Source: the human T2T-CHM13v2.0 reference genome, Homo sapiens
Length of the DNA: 64,000 bases
Direction: 5' to 3' (one strand)
Assembly (NCBI RefSeq): GCF_009914755.1
Contig: NC_060930.1
How positions within the stretch are numbered: position 1 is the stretch's first letter; each line of letters opens with the position of its first letter. Both the position numbers and the translations under genes were made by a program. Of the stretch, positions 58,073 through 64,000 are shown in pieces. A model generated the notes under the pieces. It was not told the origin of the DNA, searched no databases, and saw nothing but the letters and a program-made list of their open reading frames with translations.

Positions 58073-60361
58073 ACCTTATTTCTACAAAACCAAGGAGAAA
58101 CTGAAGAAATTATGGGGAACTCAAACAGTGTGTACAGGAATAAATTTTGAGTATCTTGACTTGTAGAAAGAATATTTTGATGGAGCTCCAATTTTTAATT
58201 TGATAATTTATATTGACGTCTGGAATTGAAAGATATTGAGAACTCTTAGATTTTGCAGGATTTATATTTGGCAAAAAATTCAAAAGTATATAAATTCAGG
58301 CTATGTTTTTTTAGAAGTTCTTTTTTTCCTACAAAATAATTTGTCAAAGAAGTTGTACTCTGAAGGAAAGCAAAAAGCAGTGCTTGTGACAATATTGGGG
58401 TAAAATATTTATACATTTCAATTAGAAGAAATTAGATTTGAGACTATTCTTCATAACTGGCTCCGAGTTTGCCAGGAACCTCAGTGCCTATGGAGAGAAC
58501 ATACTATCAAATAAAAAAATAGAGAAGTATCAATTTCGGATGTTAACAATTTCAAATGTATTAACCACCAAAATAACACTTTGCAGACTACAATTTGATG
58601 AACAAATTAAAAATAATAAGATGCTTATTGAAAAAACTGCACTCTTCAAGAAAATACTAGTAACATATTAGAGACAGATGCAGCTAAGCAACTGAATATG
58701 CATCACAGTCATTGTTTTGTTTATTTCATTTTTAAAGCATTCAGGTAGTCAATATAACAAAATAATTTTAAAAATTGTTTAAGGTGCATGAATGTATGTT
58801 ATTTTCAATTTTTAGAAGTAATTTTATTTTTTAAAAGTTTTTAATAGAACTGCCAATGTAATACAATAGGACCAATATAGTAAAAACACAATTTGTTGCT
58901 CGATAAATATTTTAATTATGTAATTTTCATGATTGTGTTAGCATATTCTCTTTCACTCTCAAACACACTTTCACGTGGATAAATTCACTTAACATAAAGA
59001 TATCCTTGAGCAGCCTGCAGACAGGCAACAGTTTCTTATTCATTGTTGTACCTTCAGCATCTAGCATGGGGATATTTAATACATGTTTATTGAAGGGATG
59101 AATAAATCAATGTACGTTTTGCCCTGCAGAGTGTTCGATGGTGCTGCTACTAATGAAAGGTAAGCAGTAGCAAAGCTTGACATGAATGCTTTTCCTTTTA
59201 GCAGCATGTGGACCTTTAACACCTGGGTGAACCCTAAACAGGTGGTGCATGGTGGAAACCCAGGTGCAGAGCGGAGTGCCTCATTCGTCTCTCACAGCTG
59301 CTCCCTCCTTTTGGGGTTCCTATAGCCTCAACTTTTTTTCTTTTGAAGCTTTTAAAATCTACCAAAAAATTGAAAGAAGAATATAGGTAACACCCATGTT
59401 TCTTTCACTTCAGAAAATTAATAATTTTATACTGTCAAACATGCACTTAAATTTTCCTAATTGTCCCCCAGATATTATTTTTAGCTGCTTTAAACCTGTA
59501 TCCAATGAAGTTTCAGGCATTGCATTTGTCTGTGTCTCTTTTATCTCTTTTAATCTAGAACAGTCCCTGCCTTCTTTTGTTCATTTTTCACATCCCTGGC
59601 TTTTTCAACAAGTCTTGCGGACTGGCCTTTTGTCTACTCTTTAGTTTTTAAAATGTTATAAAGTGAATTAAGAACATGTGGTCAAGTTCCCTTTTACTAG
59701 ACAAGGATGATTTAGAGAGATGGGCTTTTAGGCAAAAATGCCAGTCAGAGAATGAGGAGAGATTTCATTTAACATACAAGACTTAGGGGCTCCTTTCCAT
59801 ATAGTCAAGGAAAAAAATCCAGCTATTTCACTGAAGAAGTAATCATTTAGAATTCATTGATAATTACTCCTCAAAAATATTAGGTAAAATTTTCATCGAG
59901 CAATTTCTGAAGCACAATAACTACATTTGAAAAGAAATATTTTACATATTTAAGGCATTATTTTAATTTAGGTTTTTCCACATACATTATATGTGAGTAC
60001 ATTTAAAGTTAAATGACCTGCTACCACATGTTAATTATTATTTGTGCTAATAAACAACAAAATAGGGTGATAAAGAGGTATTTTAAATTGTATTCCATTT
60101 TTCTATACACTCTTGCTAGGAAATTAACTGTGCATTTTTTGGGGGGGGCAGGGAATAAAGCAGGCTTAGGCACCAATCCAAATCGATTCTCCTTTCATTA
60201 AAACAGACTGATTTGTTGCATTGAATCAATGAATAGCAGTTACTAGGTGCTGAGAAGAGATAAAAGATAGCAAATATATATAGTATAAATAAGAGAAACA
60301 TGCTGATACATGTTCTTTTACTTTCCACTTTTTGGTATATACCAAATATTTTATATTTGAT

Positions 60362-60526
60362 AGGTATATATAGTGTACATATATATATATATATCCTATA
60401 TATCTATATAGCATACATATATCTATATATGTATCTATATATCTATATATCTATATATATCCTATATATCTATATAGCATATATATCTATATAGCATATA
60501 TATGCTATATAGATATATATAGGATA
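60362..60526. repeat. (TA)-rich compound repeat with a 42-bp perfect palindrome
   Basis: 60479-60520 equals its own reverse complement. Confidence 0.85.
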
Positions 60527-61653
60527 CTATTATAAATGCTTCATTATCCATGGCCTTAAGTCTTCTTTCAGAATTTGTACAGAAAATGGTAGGCACTCAA
60601 TAAATGCTTTTCGCACAAATGAACTCGAATTTGTTCCATGCATATTGCTATTTTCAAATTGATGTCACACATGGTCTGAGTGAATTTCATCTGCATTGAA
60701 ATGTGGAGGAAGCGCTTGACAGATGACAGTGTGAGGCCCTGCAGGGTGAGAAGAAAAGCTGTGCCAGCCTGATGGAGAATACTGTGACCTTAAGGCTGCC
60801 CTTGAAAGACAGCGGGATTGTGTGGCTCACACAGCACCCCCAGCACATCCGTGCTGGGGTGGTGGGTCCCAGGATGTGCACAGGAGTAGAAAACAATAAC
60901 TACATTAGCATTCAGAGCCATCCACACCAAATCGCTGCCTCCTCCAATGTCATCTGCAGATGGGAAATCTGGGGATTTTTAGATGGTTTTTATGACAATT
61001 ATAATGCCACTTACATGCGCATCCTTCTCTAAAACACTGCTCATGAAGTAACTACCTAACCTATTATGCTGTTGTTAGAGGAGGAAAAAAATTAAAATTA
61101 CTCCATTTCTTTGTTTACATGGAAGTCTTACCGTGTAGCATATATTTGCATACATTTAGATAAAATGTATCCCTTCTGGCTCCAAACAGTGTTGAATCAG
61201 TCCCTTCACCTCTCTGAGATTTAGTTTCCTCATAAGTAGAGAATGAGTAAAAATATTCACTATGTTTATCCCTCAGAGTTGCTGAAAAATCAAATGAGAA
61301 AATGAATGTGTATGAAAGTAAAAAAAAAATGTGTTATTACTACTATTACCTGTCTCTTCAGCTCATATGTTTGTATATGACTCACATCCATGGATGGAGA
61401 AAGGATGAAAGTTTATTCACTAGGGTCAGAACATCTCCCAAGAATGGCCTGGGATGCTTTGAAGTCAGGAAAGAGGGTGGCTCTATCGGCTTCTTAAAGT
61501 TTTCTCACTCTCTCTATATCCACCAAAACCCAGTTCAGTATTTTCCTGTCCAACTTAGTGGTGCTGTGCATCCCCACCCAGAAAACATTATGAGGTGGTG
61601 GAAAGACTCCAAAAACAAATAAAACAGCAGGGATGGAATTTCGATTCCACCTT

Positions 61654-62036
61654 TGTGTTAGTTCGTTCTCATGCTGCTATAAAGACATACCTGAGACTGG
61701 TAATTTACAAAGAAAAGAGGTTTAATTGGCTCACAGTTTCACCGGCTGTGTAGGAGGCATGGCTGGGGAGGCCCCGGGAAACTTACAATCATGGCAGAAG
61801 GCGAAGAGGAAGGAGGCACGTTCTACATGGCTTGAGCAGGAGAAAGAGAGTGAAGGGGGAGGTGCTACACACTTTCAAACAACCAGATCTCTTGAGAACT
61901 CACTGGCTATCATGAGAACAGCAATGAGGAAATCTACCCTTGTGATCCAGTCACCTCCCACCTGGTCCCTCCGCTAACATTGGAGATTACAATTCAGTAT
62001 GAGATTTGGGTGAGGACACAGAGCAAAATCATATCA
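61654..62036 (-). mobile_element. MSTA/THE1D-like MaLR solo LTR
   Basis: tgtgttagttcgttctcatgctgctataaag...gagatttgggtgaggacacagagcaaaatcatatca. Confidence 0.85.
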
Positions 62037-62857
62037 ATATTTAATTTGGTGTGTGACCTGGTACACACTACTGAATCTTTCCAAGTCTTATTTTTCCTAT
62101 TTGTGTAACAATCTTAGTATTGTTAGTCAGTTGTGTAACATAGAATGTGTGAAGCAATACATAGGGGGCTTTTAGAAAATAGTTTACTTTGCTCAAAATC
62201 GGCAGCCCACACACCTTGAATTTCCTCATTTTAGTATTCAAATTAATGAGACAATGTATGCAAACTCCAGCAAGGAGCTTGGCATGTGGGATGTAATTAA
62301 TTCATTCAGGCTTCAGCCTTGTAATGGTAACATAGTGAGATGGGGCTGGAGGAGGAAAATCAAAGGAGTCTGTGGCTCAGACAGAGACCTAGGTCATGAG
62401 GAAAATAACCTGTGCTGTGTGTAATAGGGCTGAATTGAGTCTGCTTGACCAAGAATTTCTTAGTAAAACCCACATTCTATTTTTCCTTTGTTTTAAAGAT
62501 ACAGCAAGTGCCAATCGTTAAGTTTTTCATGCCTGACTTGTCTGTTGACACTGCTGCCTAGAAGGGACTTGGACTAGCAAGTGCAGAAGCTTTTTCTCTG
62601 GTGTCAGTAGGCTGGAACATAGGCTTGCCATTCATTGCTCTCCTGATCTTTATTTGGCCTGAAAGAGGAACTAGAGTAGATGTGGGAGAGATACAGTGTT
62701 TTCTAACCTGTTTTTTCATACTTAAAAATTTAGCATAAATGCTCAAGTCCCAATCTGGCAGTAAGTCTTCTTGTCCCTGCCTTCAAAATATATTGTCTAT
62801 TCACTTCTTTCCACCTCCACTGCCACCAGCCCAGGTCAAGTCATTATTATTTTTTAA

Positions 62858-63160
62858 ATTATTATTATTATTTTTTTGATACAGAGTCTTGGTCTTCCGC
62901 CCAGGCTAGAGTGCAATGGCGTGATCTCTGCTCACTGCAACCTCTAGCTCCCAGGTTCAAGCAATTCTCCTGCCTCAGCTTCCCAAGTAGCTGGGATTAC
63001 AGGTGCCTGCCACCATGCCTGGCTAATTTTTTGTATTTTTAGTAGAGACGGGTTTTTGCCATGTTGGCCAGGCTGCTCTTGAACTCCTGACCTCAGATGA
63101 TCCACCTGCCTCAGCCTCCCAAAGTGCTGGGAATATAGGTGTGGGCCACCGTGCCTGGCC
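62858..63160 (-). mobile_element. AluSx-like
   Basis: Full dimer with (ATT)n-type tail. Confidence 0.88.
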
Positions 63161-63247
63161 CACTCTGACAACTGTGTCAAAAGTATTCTATCTGATTCTG
63201 CTTTTTATTTATTTATTTATTTATTTATTTTTTTGCCATTCCTCCCT

Positions 63248-63770
63248 GTAGTAGACATGGTGATTGTGTTGACAGCCTCCAGTCAACTCTCTGTATTGTG
63301 GCAGCTGTGTGGTTTGTGTGGGATTGACCCCACCACCATCTCTAGGGAAAACCCTGATGGCGTAAAGCCTATCAGGAAAATCCATGTGCTGTTGTTGCAG
63401 CACTTGTTTCAGACAACCCAGGACTAACCCAAGCAGCTCCTGATATTTATCTGGCCAAAGGATTGGTTCAAGGTAGTTCAATTGTGCAAATCTTAGGGCA
63501 TTTGTCAAATGGATAGAGGGAGCCATCCTGTTCTCTCCTCCTGGATGTGAAGGAGAAAGCATGATGTGGTGTACAGACTGGTAGCCATTTTGCCCAGGCA
63601 GCCTGAGAAAGAAGCCACCAAGTAGGAGGCAAAGCCACTGGAGTCTCAGAGAAGTGGAGTAAAATCCCCAACTAAACCACGCCTAAATCCCTTTCTTCCT
63701 TTGAACTTTCAGTAACATGGGCCAATAAATCCCTTCTAAGTCATTTTTGCATTCTTATAATGGTTCCTAA
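63248..63770 (+). mobile_element. Old MLT1 (J/K/L-like) LTR
   Basis: gaactttcagtaacatgggccaataaatccc terminus and MLT1 body motifs. Confidence 0.5.
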
Positions 63771-64000
63771 TGGCTTTATTCTCTACACTATAGACAAAGT
63801 GATCTTTTCAAAACATAAATCAGACTATGTTACACCCTTGCTTAAAATTCTCTGCTAAGAATTTAAGATACAGTATAACTTCTTAATTAAATTGGACATG
63901 ACACTATATAATGAGATGTTAACTTCTCTGACCTCTGTGGCTGCCACCTACCCTTTCTCTCACTACACTGCAGATACCCGTGAATTCTTTCTATGCCTCA

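Overview
Primate, almost certainly human, genomic DNA from the 5' part of the MCHR2 (melanin-concentrating hormone receptor 2) locus. MCHR2 runs on the minus strand. The only host protein-coding sequence I can support is its first coding exon: CDS 7338-7519, encoding the GPCR N-terminus and TM1, with canonical splice sites. A CpG island at about 45.1-46.0 kb is the likely MCHR2 promoter and non-coding first exon, about 38 kb upstream. From my knowledge of the locus it is shared with the divergent lncRNA MCHR2-AS1. The rest is intronic or upstream sequence rich in transposable elements: a full-length inactive L1PA3-like element, a nested L1/Alu/MER44/THE1 cluster, about ten Alus including a young AluYe5-like copy, MaLR and ERVL LTRs, DNA transposon relics, MIR and L2. 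I found no convincing novel multi-gene system; nearly all short ORFs in the track are repeat-derived or random. The most interesting unexplained signals are: a ~150-bp mRNA-3'-end retrocopy with a perfect 16-bp TSD (52457-52637); a 149-aa extended L1 ORF0 whose stop codon comes from the target site; retention and local duplication of the ZNF93-target segment in that L1; templated-insertion and fold-back repair scars in two L1s; a CTCF-like site with its upstream module; and a candidate antisense exon. Repeat subfamily calls come from remembered consensus sequences, and old-repeat boundaries are approximate.
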